Notes under the pieces: model-generated
Database searches by the model: none
Seen by the model: the letters and a program-made list of their open reading frames with translations, nothing else
What the model was told of the DNA's origin: nothing
Made by a program: the position numbers and the translations under genes
Shown: one piece after another, positions 40,225-50,454 of the stretch
Layout: every line of letters starts with the position of its first letter
How positions within the stretch are numbered: position 1 is the first letter of the stretch
From: Verrucomicrobiota bacterium
GTDB lineage: Bacteria > Verrucomicrobiota > Verrucomicrobiia > Limisphaerales > CANJSG01
Assembly: GCA_038209745.1 (NCBI GenBank)
Contig: JBBQXJ010000003.1
Coordinates: 32,001-96,000 of the forward strand
Length of the DNA stretch: 64,000 nucleotides
Direction: 5' to 3'

Positions 40225-40516
40225 AATGCGTTCCTTTGTTGAGAAAGGAAGGCGGAACCTACGAGCAGTGGAATTTGGAGGCAAGCCCGTTCTATCATTT
40301 TTTTGGGAGGCAATTCGTATCAATTGTAGGATTCCTGCTTCGGACGGGACTTTTGCGGCGTCCCGGGATAACACCATCATCGTTCCGACGTGGGATGTCT
40401 CCAATGTTGGCCGACATCCCCATGATTGGAACCCATATGCCCGATCTCTGTTCCTGCTCCTGCCCGGCGAGGCCCGGCTCCAATTCTTGGAACCGGACGA
40501 TGGCGCGATTCGAGTC

Positions 40517-41584
40517 ATGAGCGACTTCACGCTGGAGGACTTCGGCTGGAACGCCGGCCATGCGGCCGACTTCAAGGCACACGTGACCGGACAGTTCCGC
40601 CCGGCTCGGGTGGCCATCGAACATCGGGGCGGCTACCAGGTCGTCGAACCTGAACTCGGCCTCGTTCCCGCCACCATCACGGGGCGGCTCCGCCACGATC
40701 TCCGCGACAACTCGAAAAGGCCTGTCGTCGGCGACTGGGTTGCCGTCGTCCAGCCGCAAGGCGAGAAGAAGGTCGTCATTCACCAGGTGCTGCCGCGGCG
40801 GACCCGGCTTTCCCGCAACGCCGCCGGCCGCGAGACCGAGGAGCAGATCCTCGCCTCGAACATCGACCAGGTGCTTGTCACGGCCTCGCTCGCGCTGGAG
40901 CTGAACGTCCGTCGCATCGAGCGCTATGTCGCGGTGGCGACCGATTCCGGGGCCCGCGTCGTGCTGCTGCTGACCAAGTCCGACCTCGCGAAGGATCCTG
41001 CGGGCGAGCTCGCCAAGGTCCAGGCCGTGCTGGGCACGGTGCCGGTGATGACCATCAGCAGCGTTTCGCGCAAAGGCCTGAAGGATGTGCGCAAACTGCT
41101 CAAGCGCGGCGAGACCACGGTGATCATCGGGCCTTCCGGTGTCGGGAAGTCGTCGCTGATCAACACCCTGTGCGACGACGACGAACTGCTGCTGGTGCAG
41201 GAGGCGCGCGGCGACGACCAGAAGGGGCGTCATACGACGACCCATCGCGAACTGCTGCCATTGCCCAACGGCGCGCTGATGATCGACACGCCGGGTGTGC
41301 GCGAACTCCAGGTCTGGATCGACGAGGCGGAACTGGCGGAGGCGTTCGCCGGGCTGGAGGAACTGGCGCTACGGTGCAAGTTCACCACCTGCCGGCATGT
41401 GGACGAGCTCGGATGCAAGGTCCGCGCAGAAGTGGCGGCGGGTCGGATCTCGGAGGAGAGGCTCGCCAACTATCGGAAGCTCAAGGAAGAGGCCGCGCAG
41501 AACACCGAGCGGCAGCGGCAGCGCCGGCAGGTCGAGGAACACCGCGTGAAGAAGCGGCTGATCAACCAGGCGGACGGGGTCTGA
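40517..41584 (+). CDS. rsgA: Ribosome small subunit-dependent GTPase A
   Basis: PVVGDWV, TKSD, GPSGVGKSS, GRHTTT, DTPG, CKF..C.H..E.GC. Confidence 0.94.
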   Translation: MSDFTLEDFGWNAGHAADFKAHVTGQFRPARVAIEHRGGYQVVEPELGLVPATITGRLRHDLRDNSKRPVVGDWVAVVQPQGEKKVVIHQVLPRRTRLSRNAAGRETEEQILASNIDQVLVTASLALELNVRRIERYVAVATDSGARVVLLLTKSDLAKDPAGELAKVQAVLGTVPVMTISSVSRKGLKDVRKLLKRGETTVIIGPSGVGKSSLINTLCDDDELLLVQEARGDDQKGRHTTTHRELLPLPNGALMIDTPGVRELQVWIDEAELAEAFAGLEELALRCKFTTCRHVDELGCKVRAEVAAGRISEERLANYRKLKEEAAQNTERQRQRRQVEEHRVKKRLINQADGV

Positions 41585-41607
41585 CCGGGTCTTGGATCTG
41601 GCGAGGA

Positions 41608-42879
41608 TCAGTGGATTTCCGGCAACACGATGTCGGACGGAGCCTTGCCGAGGGTCGGCCGGGTGAACGCTTCGCCATAGCGGCTGGACCCCTCCACGAA
41701 CCCGCCGTGTGAGAGGAAGAACTGGCCGTTCTCCAAGCCCATGAAACGGTCGAGGCGGTCGGCCTTGCCGGTGGCGTCGTGGCTGAACTTGGCCGTCGAC
41801 AGTTCCGACCAGGTGCCGTCCGTGGACCGGATCCATTGGTTTCCGTAGAACACCTTCCGGCGGAGGTGGCCGTTGTCGCCGCCGAAGTTCTCGCTGAAGC
41901 TGTGGAGCCCCCGCAAAGACCCGCCGTCCTTGGGCGCGCGCCAGCTGGAGACGAGCATCCAGCGGTGGCTGTCCGGATGGAAATAATAGCCGGAGTAGAC
42001 GGTGTGGGTCGCGTCGACCGGCTTGGCGGTGACGAAGAACCGCTGCTTCTCGCCGGTCTTCCAGAAATACTTCAGATGGCTGTGGCCGCCGGTACCCTCG
42101 TTCCCGAAATCACCGGAATACACCCCGTCTCCTTTCGCCAGCAGTGTGACGCGGTCGGCTTCGGCGACCTTCTTCCGGTCCACGCCCTCGTTGCCGCTGT
42201 CCCAGACGCTGAAGATGATCCTGCGTTCAGTCGGGCTGTTGACCTGCATTCCGAAATAGCCGCGGTGCCAGCCGCAGGCCATGTAGAAGGTCCACAGCGG
42301 GTCCGCCTCCGCCGTCGCCTCGCAGTAGAACGCCTCGACCGTCGTGCCGTCCGGCACGGGATACATCAAGTGGACGGAGGCGGCGTTGCGGCGCGGCTTG
42401 AGATTGAAATGCGCCGCCTCCGCCGCCGGGCCGCCGAGGACGAGTTCGCGCACGTTTCCGGCCGGCGTTCCAACGGGGTTCAGCGACGACAACGTGAACC
42501 TTTGATAGCCGGTTTTCGGAATGATGAAGTCGCCGAAAGGAACCGTGATGGCGGCGTCTCCTTCTCCGACGATGTCGACCACACGGGACTGCTCCGCGAC
42601 CGTCAATCGGAGCTTCGAGGTGGAATTCTTTGGTATCTGAACGGAGGCCGCACAGGTCACCGCCCCGGTGTGCTGGAATTCGCCGAACCACGAAACGGTC
42701 GTCGAAGGATCGTTCCATCGGGTGACGCCGCCGTCCTCTGAAACGCGCGCACCCTCCGGATCAGGATCAATGTAGGCGGTGAACGCCGGCACGGTCAGCG
42801 TGGCGGGATCGGCCGCGTGGAGGGTGGCGATCAATGGCAACAGCGAAGCGAGGTGCGCGAGCGGGCGGAGTGGTGACAT
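41608..42879 (-). CDS. Secreted DUF3472/DUF5077-type protein
   Basis: Signal peptide; ASVHL.Y, GYFGMQVNSPTERRIIFSVW, FGNEGTGG, HSFSENF. Confidence 0.82.
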   Translation of the reverse strand: MSPLRPLAHLASLLPLIATLHAADPATLTVPAFTAYIDPDPEGARVSEDGGVTRWNDPSTTVSWFGEFQHTGAVTCAASVQIPKNSTSKLRLTVAEQSRVVDIVGEGDAAITVPFGDFIIPKTGYQRFTLSSLNPVGTPAGNVRELVLGGPAAEAAHFNLKPRRNAASVHLMYPVPDGTTVEAFYCEATAEADPLWTFYMACGWHRGYFGMQVNSPTERRIIFSVWDSGNEGVDRKKVAEADRVTLLAKGDGVYSGDFGNEGTGGHSHLKYFWKTGEKQRFFVTAKPVDATHTVYSGYYFHPDSHRWMLVSSWRAPKDGGSLRGLHSFSENFGGDNGHLRRKVFYGNQWIRSTDGTWSELSTAKFSHDATGKADRLDRFMGLENGQFFLSHGGFVEGSSRYGEAFTRPTLGKAPSDIVLPEIH

Positions 42880-42937
42880 TGGGAAAGCTTGGCGTGGGTG
42901 CGGTGGGTCAGAAAGACGCTTTTTCAACAAACCGGAG

Positions 42938-43705
42938 TCAGTGGCCGTTGCCGGTGGCCGGACTGCACCAGAGCCGGTTCTTGGCCGTGAGGTTTTGCTC
43001 CTGTCTGAAAACCTCGTAGCGCAGGAACTCCACGTGCCCGTCGAAGCTCAGCATGATGCCGCCCTTTTTCCCGTGGCGCTTTCCGAGATCCTGGTCGCCG
43101 GACGGATAAGCCGCCGCATCCCGATAGGAACCCGCCGATTTTTCGTCCGGTTCCCAGGACAGAAAGGCGTCGGGCCTGAAGTCGGCGAGCTTGAAGGTGC
43201 CAGTCCCCTTGGCGCCGTATCCGCACACGGCTCCGTTTTGGATATAGGTGGACATCTTGTTGATCCGGGCCTTGAAGGACGCGAGATCGGTTAGATCGAG
43301 GGGGCAGCGGTAGACTTCCTTCTTCTTGAGGTATGTCCAGAACAGGCCGGTCTCGTAAGCCTTGGTGGGATCCACATTGTAGGGGGCTATGACGAGGCTG
43401 GGGGCGAAGCCGTCTGGCGTTTTGGTCGCGTCGTAGAGCCAACCCTGGACACTCGGTGGATTCCAGTTGGGGTGGGCCAGTCGGTCCTGGTTGTCGGCGG
43501 CATACATCTGAGAGGCCAATCCGAGCTGCCTGTTGTTGTTGAGGCACTGTGTGCGCTGGGCCTGTTCCTTGGCCCTGGCCAGCGCTGGGAGGAGCATTCC
43601 CGCGAGGATCGCGATAATGGCGATGACGACCAGCAGCTCGATCAAGGTGAGGCCCCGGGCGTCTGCTGGGCGGCCTGGTTTCCGGGAATGGTTTGAATCG
43701 TTCAT
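42938..43705 (-). CDS. Prepilin-type N-terminal cleavage protein with H-X9-DG-like C-terminal motif (DUF1559-like)
   Basis: [58 protein letters not shown]. Confidence 0.92.
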   Translation of the reverse strand: MNDSNHSRKPGRPADARGLTLIELLVVIAIIAILAGMLLPALARAKEQAQRTQCLNNNRQLGLASQMYAADNQDRLAHPNWNPPSVQGWLYDATKTPDGFAPSLVIAPYNVDPTKAYETGLFWTYLKKKEVYRCPLDLTDLASFKARINKMSTYIQNGAVCGYGAKGTGTFKLADFRPDAFLSWEPDEKSAGSYRDAAAYPSGDQDLGKRHGKKGGIMLSFDGHVEFLRYEVFRQEQNLTAKNRLWCSPATGNGH

Positions 43706-44101
43706 GTTCAATCTCTGACTGCCTGATGCCGGCCTCCCCCGGCGGGCGGACAAGGCCGACCTGTGCCCAGCACGATCAAGGACATCCTTCTTATAGGGCG
43801 AAGCAGGGTCGGCGTTGAATCCCCAATAAGGGTTGGATCCACGCGAAAGCATGCGGATCAGCCTGCATTCATGGGCTTTTGAGATTGCCCCCCTAATGTG
43901 GTATGGCGTTTTGGACTACGAAGCGGATCAATTAAACAGTAGTGGCAGGCCCAAGCCGCAACCCGGTCCGGGAATGTTATTCCTGGCTCGGCGACTGCGC
44001 GGTTCTGGATCGTGTCCGCTGCCAGGATGTCCCCCAAGCAGGGCCCGCACTTTCGCGACGCTCCTGAGCCGTAACCTGAAACGTCCCGATCCCCAAAAGC
44101 C

Positions 44102-47100
44102 ATGAAGAGAACACGCCCAATAAGATTCCTGCTGAAGGAGATGGCCGCCGCCATTGCTGCTGCGGCGCTCATGCTCGGTGCCGCCGATGGAGCCACGACT
44201 GTAGGCCTCAACTTCCAGAGCGATGCCGGCCCCTCCACCGGCTACTCCGGCAAGCATGTCACTGGAACCGCCTTTGGCATCGAGACCACGAATTGGTTCA
44301 ATCTCACGCCGACACCGGATTTCGCGATCAGCACGAATTCCCAGACCGTCGCGTTGCCTTCCGGCGGTGAAGTGACTCTCACCTGGAGGGCGAACAACGC
44401 GTATGAAAGTCTGATCAACAATGACGGCATGCTCGGGGTGCCGCCGGGGGAAGACGAAGTGTTCTGGGGCTACTTGGACGATTCGGGGCCCGGCTATCAA
44501 TTCAAGATTTCCGGCCTTCGCGGTGTGGCTGCCGACTACAAGATTGTGGCGATAGCGGCGACCGATGGCGGAGTCGGTTTCAGCGATGTGACCGTGAAAA
44601 CGGCGATGGAAACGAACGTGGTCAACTACACCAACGATCCCGGTCAGACCGTGCCGGTGGGCGGAGCCGCTTGGGCGACCAGCACGGTTTCCACCGCCTT
44701 CGCGACCCTTTCGGCCAACGACTCGGTCTCGATCGCCGGCCTGCCGCGCAATGGAAGCACGCGGTCCACCTTGGCGGGAATCATCCTCCAATATACGCCG
44801 GGAGTGAACGCTCCATTGGTCGAGACCCAGCCCTCGACGCCAGCCGGAACGATCTTCAAGGGAACCTCGTTCGTCCTGTCCAGTGCCGCGTCGGGGACCG
44901 CGCCGCTCGCCTATCAGTGGCGTCTCGCCGGCGCCCCGATCCCGGGAGCGACGAATGCCGCCTACACCAATCTCAGCGCCGTGCTCGCCGACGTGGGCGA
45001 CTACGATTTGGTGGTCACCAATCTCTTCGGCATGGCCACCAGTTCGGCCGCTGCCGTTGCCGTCACGGATGTCATCCGGCCGACGATCACCACGGCGCCG
45101 ATCTCCCGATCCGCATATCCCGGCTACGACGTCGCCTTCAAGGTCGTGGGGAGCGGCGGTTCGCTTTCGTACCTTTGGAAGAAGGGCATGGATCCGATTC
45201 CCGGCGCAACCGGTGCGACGCTGGTTTTGTCCAACGTCACTGCGGCCAATGCGGGCACCTACACGGTGACGGTGAGCAATCCGGTCGGCAGTGTGGACGG
45301 TTCGGCAACCCTCGCCGTTCTGACTCCGGGTGCCTATGACGGCGCTGTGGCCGGCCTGAGGCCGTTTTCCTATGTCCGGCTCAACGAAACGGGAACCATT
45401 CCCGCCGACACGGCCGCAAACGCGGGCTCCTTCGGCGCTTCCGGCGCCGGGCTCTATCGCTCCGGCGCCGTTCATCCCGTGTCCGGCGCGTTGGCTTCGG
45501 GCACGGGCACGGCCGCGCACTTCGACGGCAGCGCTTCGCACGTCCTCGTGCCGTTTGCTCCGGAACTGAATCCGGTCGCGGCCTTCACCTTCGAAGTTTG
45601 GCTCAATCCCGACGTCGCGCTGTCGGGCACCACGCTGAAATCGCCGCTCTCCTGCGGCGACTTCGCCAGCCCGCGCGCGGGTTGGCTGGTCTATCAGAGC
45701 GCCACCGGCTGGAACCTGCGCCTCTACAACCAGACCGGGATCGCCACTTCTCTCGACGTCACCGGCGGCACGGCTCCCGTGGCCGGCACCTGGTATCACA
45801 TTGCCGGAACCTATGACGGCACGACCGCGACGCTCTATGTCAACGGCTCGGCGGTCGCGTCCGGTGCTCCGACGAGCTACGTGCCGGGCACGGCCGGGGG
45901 ATTCGCCGTCGGCATGCGCTCCGACTCCGCCTTCCAGTGGGCGGGTGCGGCCGATGAGCCCGCCTTCTACTCCTCCGCGCTGAGCGGTGCACGGATCCTC
46001 GCCCATTTTGAGGCGGGCACCAACGCGGCCCCGGCGACCTCCTACTCGGCCGAAGTGCTGGCGGATTCCCCGGTGGTCTATCTCAAGCTCGACGAGCCGA
46101 CGTTTGAAGGGAAGAAGTCCCCGAATCTCGGGACTTGGGGGCCGGTCTACGACGGCGTCTACGGTTCGTTCAGTTCAACGCTTTCCGGCGATCCTGGAAT
46201 CTATCTTGGAGTCAACGGCCCGCGGCCGCCGGGCGTCCCCGGCTTCGAAGCCGACAACAGAGCCCTCCAGATGACGAACGGAACGGTGAACCTCGGGGTG
46301 TTCGGCTTGAACACCAACGCCCTGACCATCACCTGCTGGGTCAAGCGCGACGCGGTCCAACCGGGCGATCTTGCCGGGCTGGTCTTCGAGCGTTCCTCCA
46401 CCGAGGCGACCGGGCTTCACATGATGCCGGACGGCGAGCTTCGCTACCATTGGAACGACACTCAATACGGCTGGAGTTCCGGTCTGGTTCCGCCCGTGGG
46501 GCAATGGACCTTTGTTGCGCTCGTCGTCGAACCGACCCAGGCCACCATGTATATGGACGCCGGCTCGGGGCTGGTGTCCGCCGTCAACAGCGCGACGCAC
46601 GTCAAGGTGGCGTTCGCCAGTTCCATGAACATCGGCAACGACCGGATCGCACGGCCCTATGCGGGCGCGATCGACGAGGTCGCGGTCTTCAACCGTCCGC
46701 TCTCCGCCGGTGAAATCTCGCTCTTGTCGCTGGCCGCTTCGGGCAATTCCGTTTCGCTGGAACTGGCGTCCGGAGGCGTGATCCAGGACGTGAAGCCTAC
46801 CGGCACGTTGCACCACGGCTTCAGCCATGCCACTTCCTGGCAAGCCTCGTTCCAAGACGCCGCCTTGGTAACCCGCACCGGCGTCCGCAAGTTTTCGGCG
46901 GCCGAAGGTGGCCAGGTCACCGTCCCGGCCGACCCGGACTTCGACTCCTCCACCGGCACCATCACGTTCTGGATCCGAGCCACGGCTCCGATTCCTGGCC
47001 CCGGCAATGAAGCTGCCATCCTCTTCGACCGCCGCGACACAACCGGCGACGTCATCGCGTTGAACGACACCGGTGCCATCTTCGTGCAGGCGAAGGGCGT

Positions 47101-47608
47101 CGGCGGCGCTTCCGCCAATACCATCTCTGGAGGCTATCTTCCGGATGATCTCTGGCACCACGTCGCCTACGTCTACGACCAATCCGCCTCCGGCTCGATC
47201 AAGGTCTATGTCGACGGCGTCCTCACCATCAACAATCCGAACACCATTGCTTGGAGCTGGCCTGTGGCACGTCCGCTGGAGATCGGCAGGTCGCACGACG
47301 GCTACTGGAAGCGGTTCGACGGGTTGATGGACGACTTCCGCGTCTACAACCGGGTGTTGAGCGAATCGGAAGTCGGACAGATCTTCAGCAGCAACGCCTT
47401 GGTGGATGGCGGCGCTTTGCGGCTCCGTTTCGACTTCGACAAAGGGACTTTCGGCAAGAGCGTCGTCTGGCAATACGGCACGCTGGAAAGTACGCCGGTT
47501 CTGGGACCCGCTGCCACTTGGTTGCCTGTTCCAGGAGCCACGTCGCCCTTCAGCTTCCTGCCTGAAAACGGCGGAGCCGGCTTGTTCTTCCGCACCCGGG
47601 TTCCCTGA
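44102..47608 (+). CDS. Large secreted protein with two Ig-like and three LamG/ConA-like domains
   Basis: Signal peptide; TQP...YQW and YLWKK Ig motifs; WYHIAGTYDG, GAIDEVAVFNRPLS, WHHVAYVYD, GLMDDFRVYNRVLS. Confidence 0.88.
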   Translation: MKRTRPIRFLLKEMAAAIAAAALMLGAADGATTVGLNFQSDAGPSTGYSGKHVTGTAFGIETTNWFNLTPTPDFAISTNSQTVALPSGGEVTLTWRANNAYESLINNDGMLGVPPGEDEVFWGYLDDSGPGYQFKISGLRGVAADYKIVAIAATDGGVGFSDVTVKTAMETNVVNYTNDPGQTVPVGGAAWATSTVSTAFATLSANDSVSIAGLPRNGSTRSTLAGIILQYTPGVNAPLVETQPSTPAGTIFKGTSFVLSSAASGTAPLAYQWRLAGAPIPGATNAAYTNLSAVLADVGDYDLVVTNLFGMATSSAAAVAVTDVIRPTITTAPISRSAYPGYDVAFKVVGSGGSLSYLWKKGMDPIPGATGATLVLSNVTAANAGTYTVTVSNPVGSVDGSATLAVLTPGAYDGAVAGLRPFSYVRLNETGTIPADTAANAGSFGASGAGLYRSGAVHPVSGALASGTGTAAHFDGSASHVLVPFAPELNPVAAFTFEVWLNPDVALSGTTLKSPLSCGDFASPRAGWLVYQSATGWNLRLYNQTGIATSLDVTGGTAPVAGTWYHIAGTYDGTTATLYVNGSAVASGAPTSYVPGTAGGFAVGMRSDSAFQWAGAADEPAFYSSALSGARILAHFEAGTNAAPATSYSAEVLADSPVVYLKLDEPTFEGKKSPNLGTWGPVYDGVYGSFSSTLSGDPGIYLGVNGPRPPGVPGFEADNRALQMTNGTVNLGVFGLNTNALTITCWVKRDAVQPGDLAGLVFERSSTEATGLHMMPDGELRYHWNDTQYGWSSGLVPPVGQWTFVALVVEPTQATMYMDAGSGLVSAVNSATHVKVAFASSMNIGNDRIARPYAGAIDEVAVFNRPLSAGEISLLSLAASGNSVSLELASGGVIQDVKPTGTLHHGFSHATSWQASFQDAALVTRTGVRKFSAAEGGQVTVPADPDFDSSTGTITFWIRATAPIPGPGNEAAILFDRRDTTGDVIALNDTGAIFVQAKGVGGASANTISGGYLPDDLWHHVAYVYDQSASGSIKVYVDGVLTINNPNTIAWSWPVARPLEIGRSHDGYWKRFDGLMDDFRVYNRVLSESEVGQIFSSNALVDGGALRLRFDFDKGTFGKSVVWQYGTLESTPVLGPAATWLPVPGATSPFSFLPENGGAGLFFRTRVP

Positions 47609-47636
47609 TAGGACACCCCCACACAGGCAAACCAAG

Positions 47637-47668
47637 GCGGCCGGGAGCGATCCCGGCCGCTCTTTTTT
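47637..47668 (+). terminator. Intrinsic terminator
   Basis: GCGGCCGGGA-GCGA-TCCCGGCCGC-TCTTTTTT. Confidence 0.85.
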
Positions 47669-47699
47669 ACGGCTGTTCCGCGTCGCCATTGGCCTTCGA

Positions 47700-48330
47700 C
47701 CCGCGCGGATCTGGCGGCGGCGATGGATCGATTGAGTCCAGGCGAGATCACGGCGGCACGCTCCCGTTACCTGAAGAGCCTGCTGCGCGAAGCGCGCAAG
47801 GGTCCGGACACATGGGTCTTGGTCGACAAGAACCCGTCGGTCACCGGCCTGCTGCATCTTTTCCTGCGCATTTTCCCGGAGCTCAGGGTGGTCATCACGC
47901 TCCGTGATCCGCGCGACGTGGGGTGGGCTGCTATTTCCAGAGCCTGATGCTCAACGGCACCAAGGTGAACTTCCTCTCCCTGGAGCGAACGGCGAGGCAC
48001 TACGCGGATCTCATCGACACATGGCTGCGGCTACGGGAGCTCGGCGGCTTCGACTCGATCGAAACCCGCTAAGAGGACGTGGTCGACGACGTGGAACGGA
48101 AAGAGCGCAAGGTCACTGAATTTCTGGGACTGGAATGGCGATCAGGCCAGGCGCGTTTCCATGAAAACAGTCGGCGGAAGTTCGGCCATGCCCCGACCTA
48201 TCACGACGTGACCCGGCCCGTGTATCGACGGGCGCTGAAACGGTGGGAACGCTATGCTGAAGCGCTGGAGCCCTTTCAAGCGAAGCTGGATCCGTCTCTG
48301 AACGCCTTTGGCCATGCGGCTTTGCCGTAA
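47700..48330 (+). pseudogene. Sulfotransferase family C-terminal remnant
   Basis: VDKNP...RIFPE..V...LRDPRDV; frameshift near 47920; ETR*EDVV with TAA at 48070-48072 in place of the RYED motif; FLGLEW, PTY.DV.RPVY. Confidence 0.85.
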
Positions 48331-48336
48331 GAGGTC

Positions 48337-49365
48337 CTACCGCCCCAGATACTTCAGCACCGCTTCGGTGCGACTGTGGATGTGCAGCTTTTCGTAGACG
48401 CTCCGGAGGTGGGTGCGGACGGTCTCGAGGCTGATGTTCAAGAGGTCGGCGATTTCCTTGTAGGAATGACCCTTGGCCAGAGCGGCCAGGACCTGGCTTT
48501 CGCGAGTTGGTAAGCGTGCGGATCTCGGGCGCGCGCTGGACCTCTTTCGGCGCTTCGTTGATCTCCTGGAAGAACTGGACGACACGTCGCGCGATCTGCC
48601 GGGACATCGGTGCGCCGCCGCTGGTGATCTCGCGGATGGCGCCGCCCGACAATCCGTCCTCGTGGCGGAACGGGATGAACCTTCCACCGCGGAGCTGGAA
48701 CAGGCCGTCGTCCAACCATCCCGCCCAGATCGAGCCGTCCGGACCCTCCGCGAGGGACGAGATGTAGGCCAGAGCAAGCCCGTTCGACAGGTTGAACTCG
48801 GCCCATTGACCGTTTCGACGACAAAGCACGATGCCATTTCCGATCAAGGCCCAAAGGCGTCCTCGGTGGTCATGGAGCAAGCAGCAGGAAAGGATTCTTC
48901 GCGACTCGTTGGGACCGAACTCCTCATGAAGACGTCCTTCGGTGAACTCGAAAAGTCCACGCGTTGCGGTGGCGATCCACACAGATCCGTCGCGATCACT
49001 GAGGAAGCTGGCGCCCGGGGCGCCTTCCAGAGCGGCCAATGCCGACGCGTCCACGAACTGTCCGCCTTCCCACAGGCAGACCCCGGCGCGCGTCCCGATC
49101 CAGATTCGGCCCTGCTGGTCGAGTTCGAGAGCGTTCACCGTGTCGCTGCCGGGACCGCGAATCGGAAGGCCTAGCATCTTGGTTTGGCCATTGCGGAAAC
49201 GGCAAAGGCCGCCGCTGGTGCCGATCTATAAAGGGCCGTTCTCGTCTTCTTGAAGCGCTCGGATTTCCAGCGCGGGAAGGCCTTCCCGAAGACCGAATCG
49301 CGTGAAGCGAATGCCGTCGAAGCGGGCGAGTCCGTCGCGGGTTCCCGGCCAAAGGTAGCCGTCCC
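48337..49365 (-). pseudogene. Fused remnant of a beta-propeller sensor N-terminus and a LuxR/NarL regulator C-terminus
   Basis: DGYLW.GT.DGLARFDGIRF; internal TAG; propeller repeats (GRIWIGT, DGSVWIAT); joined to AIREITSGGAPMS; frameshift near 48507; SYKEIADLL.IS.ETVRTH...YEKLHIHSRTEAV. Confidence 0.85.
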
Positions 49366-49417
49366 GCGCCGGTGCTCCGGCAACCCCCTGCTTGGGCGTC
49401 GGGAGGTCGAGCCAACG

Positions 49418-49451
49418 AAAAAGGCCCGGATCCTGCGATCCGGGCCTCTTT
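49418..49451. terminator. Intrinsic terminator downstream of the PPIase gene (possibly bidirectional)
   Basis: AAAAA-GGCCCGGATC-CTGC-GATCCGGGCC-TCTTT. Confidence 0.8.
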
Positions 49452-49466
49452 GATGATCAGGGAAGA

Positions 49467-50087
49467 TTATTTCACTTCGCTGGCGGGGACGATCTTGATG
49501 CTGGTGACGCCCATGCGCTTGTCGGGGCGATCCTGCGGGTGGGTCGGAGTCGTGGCGATCTTCTCGAGGACGTCTTCGCCTTTGATCACCTTACCGAAGG
49601 CAGTGTATTGGCCGTCGAGGAAGCTGGGGGTGCCGTGGCAGATGAAGAACTGGCTCCCGGCGGAGTTCGGATCCTGCGAACGAGCCATGGAGAGCACACC
49701 CTTGGTGTGGGGCTTCTTGTTGAACTCGGCCTTGATCTTGTAGCCGGGACCGCCGGTGCCCCAACGGGCTTCGGCCGCAGGATCCTTGGTCAACGGATCG
49801 CCGCCCTGGATCATGAAGCCTTTGATGACACGGTGGAAACAGGTGCCGTCGTAAAAGCCTTCGCGGGCGAGTTTCTTGAAGTTTTCGACATGACCGGGGG
49901 CTACGTCGGGCCAGAATTCTAGGACCATGACCCCTTCGGTGGTGGTGATGACGGCGACTTCGTTGGTGGTGCTCACTGGTTTCTTTTCTTCCTTTTTCGG
50001 GGTTTCAACAGCCTGCCCGGGAGTGGTCTCGGCCGCGAAGAGCGGCAGGGCCAAACCGACGAGCAGAGAGAATAGGATGGATTTCAT
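49467..50087 (-). CDS. Exported cyclophilin-type peptidyl-prolyl cis-trans isomerase
   Basis: FYDGT.FHRVIKGFMIQGGDP, SMARS.DPNSAGSQFFI, LDGQYTAFGKV. Confidence 0.95.
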   Translation of the reverse strand: MKSILFSLLVGLALPLFAAETTPGQAVETPKKEEKKPVSTTNEVAVITTTEGVMVLEFWPDVAPGHVENFKKLAREGFYDGTCFHRVIKGFMIQGGDPLTKDPAAEARWGTGGPGYKIKAEFNKKPHTKGVLSMARSQDPNSAGSQFFICHGTPSFLDGQYTAFGKVIKGEDVLEKIATTPTHPQDRPDKRMGVTSIKIVPASEVK

Positions 50088-50124
50088 AAATCGGATGTTT
50101 GGACGACCAGGGACCCGTGCGCGT

Positions 50125-50343
50125 TCAACGCTCACGGAAGACGATCCGGGCCTTCGACAAGTCGTAGGGCGACATCGCCACCTGGACCTGGTCGCCGACA
50201 CTGATGCGGATGAAGTTCTTTCGCATCTTGCCCGAGATGTGGGCAAGCACTTCGTGCCCATTGGGCAATTTGACGCGGAACATCGTCCCGGGCAGGACCT
50301 GGGACACGGTTCCAGTCAGCTGGATGTGGTCTTCCTTTGGCAC
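50125..50343 (-). CDS. infA: Translation initiation factor IF-1
   Basis: KED.I...[31 protein letters not shown]...[10 protein letters not shown]. Confidence 0.96.
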   Translation of the reverse strand: MPKEDHIQLTGTVSQVLPGTMFRVKLPNGHEVLAHISGKMRKNFIRISVGDQVQVAMSPYDLSKARIVFRER

Positions 50344-50454
50344 AGCGACTCAAATTGTTCTGGGGCAACCCCGATTCATTCGGGGCAAGCGGAGTTACGC
50401 TGCCAACGTCCCTTTTGAAATCAAGGGAAAGTTGCCGCCCAGCTGCTGCCACGC

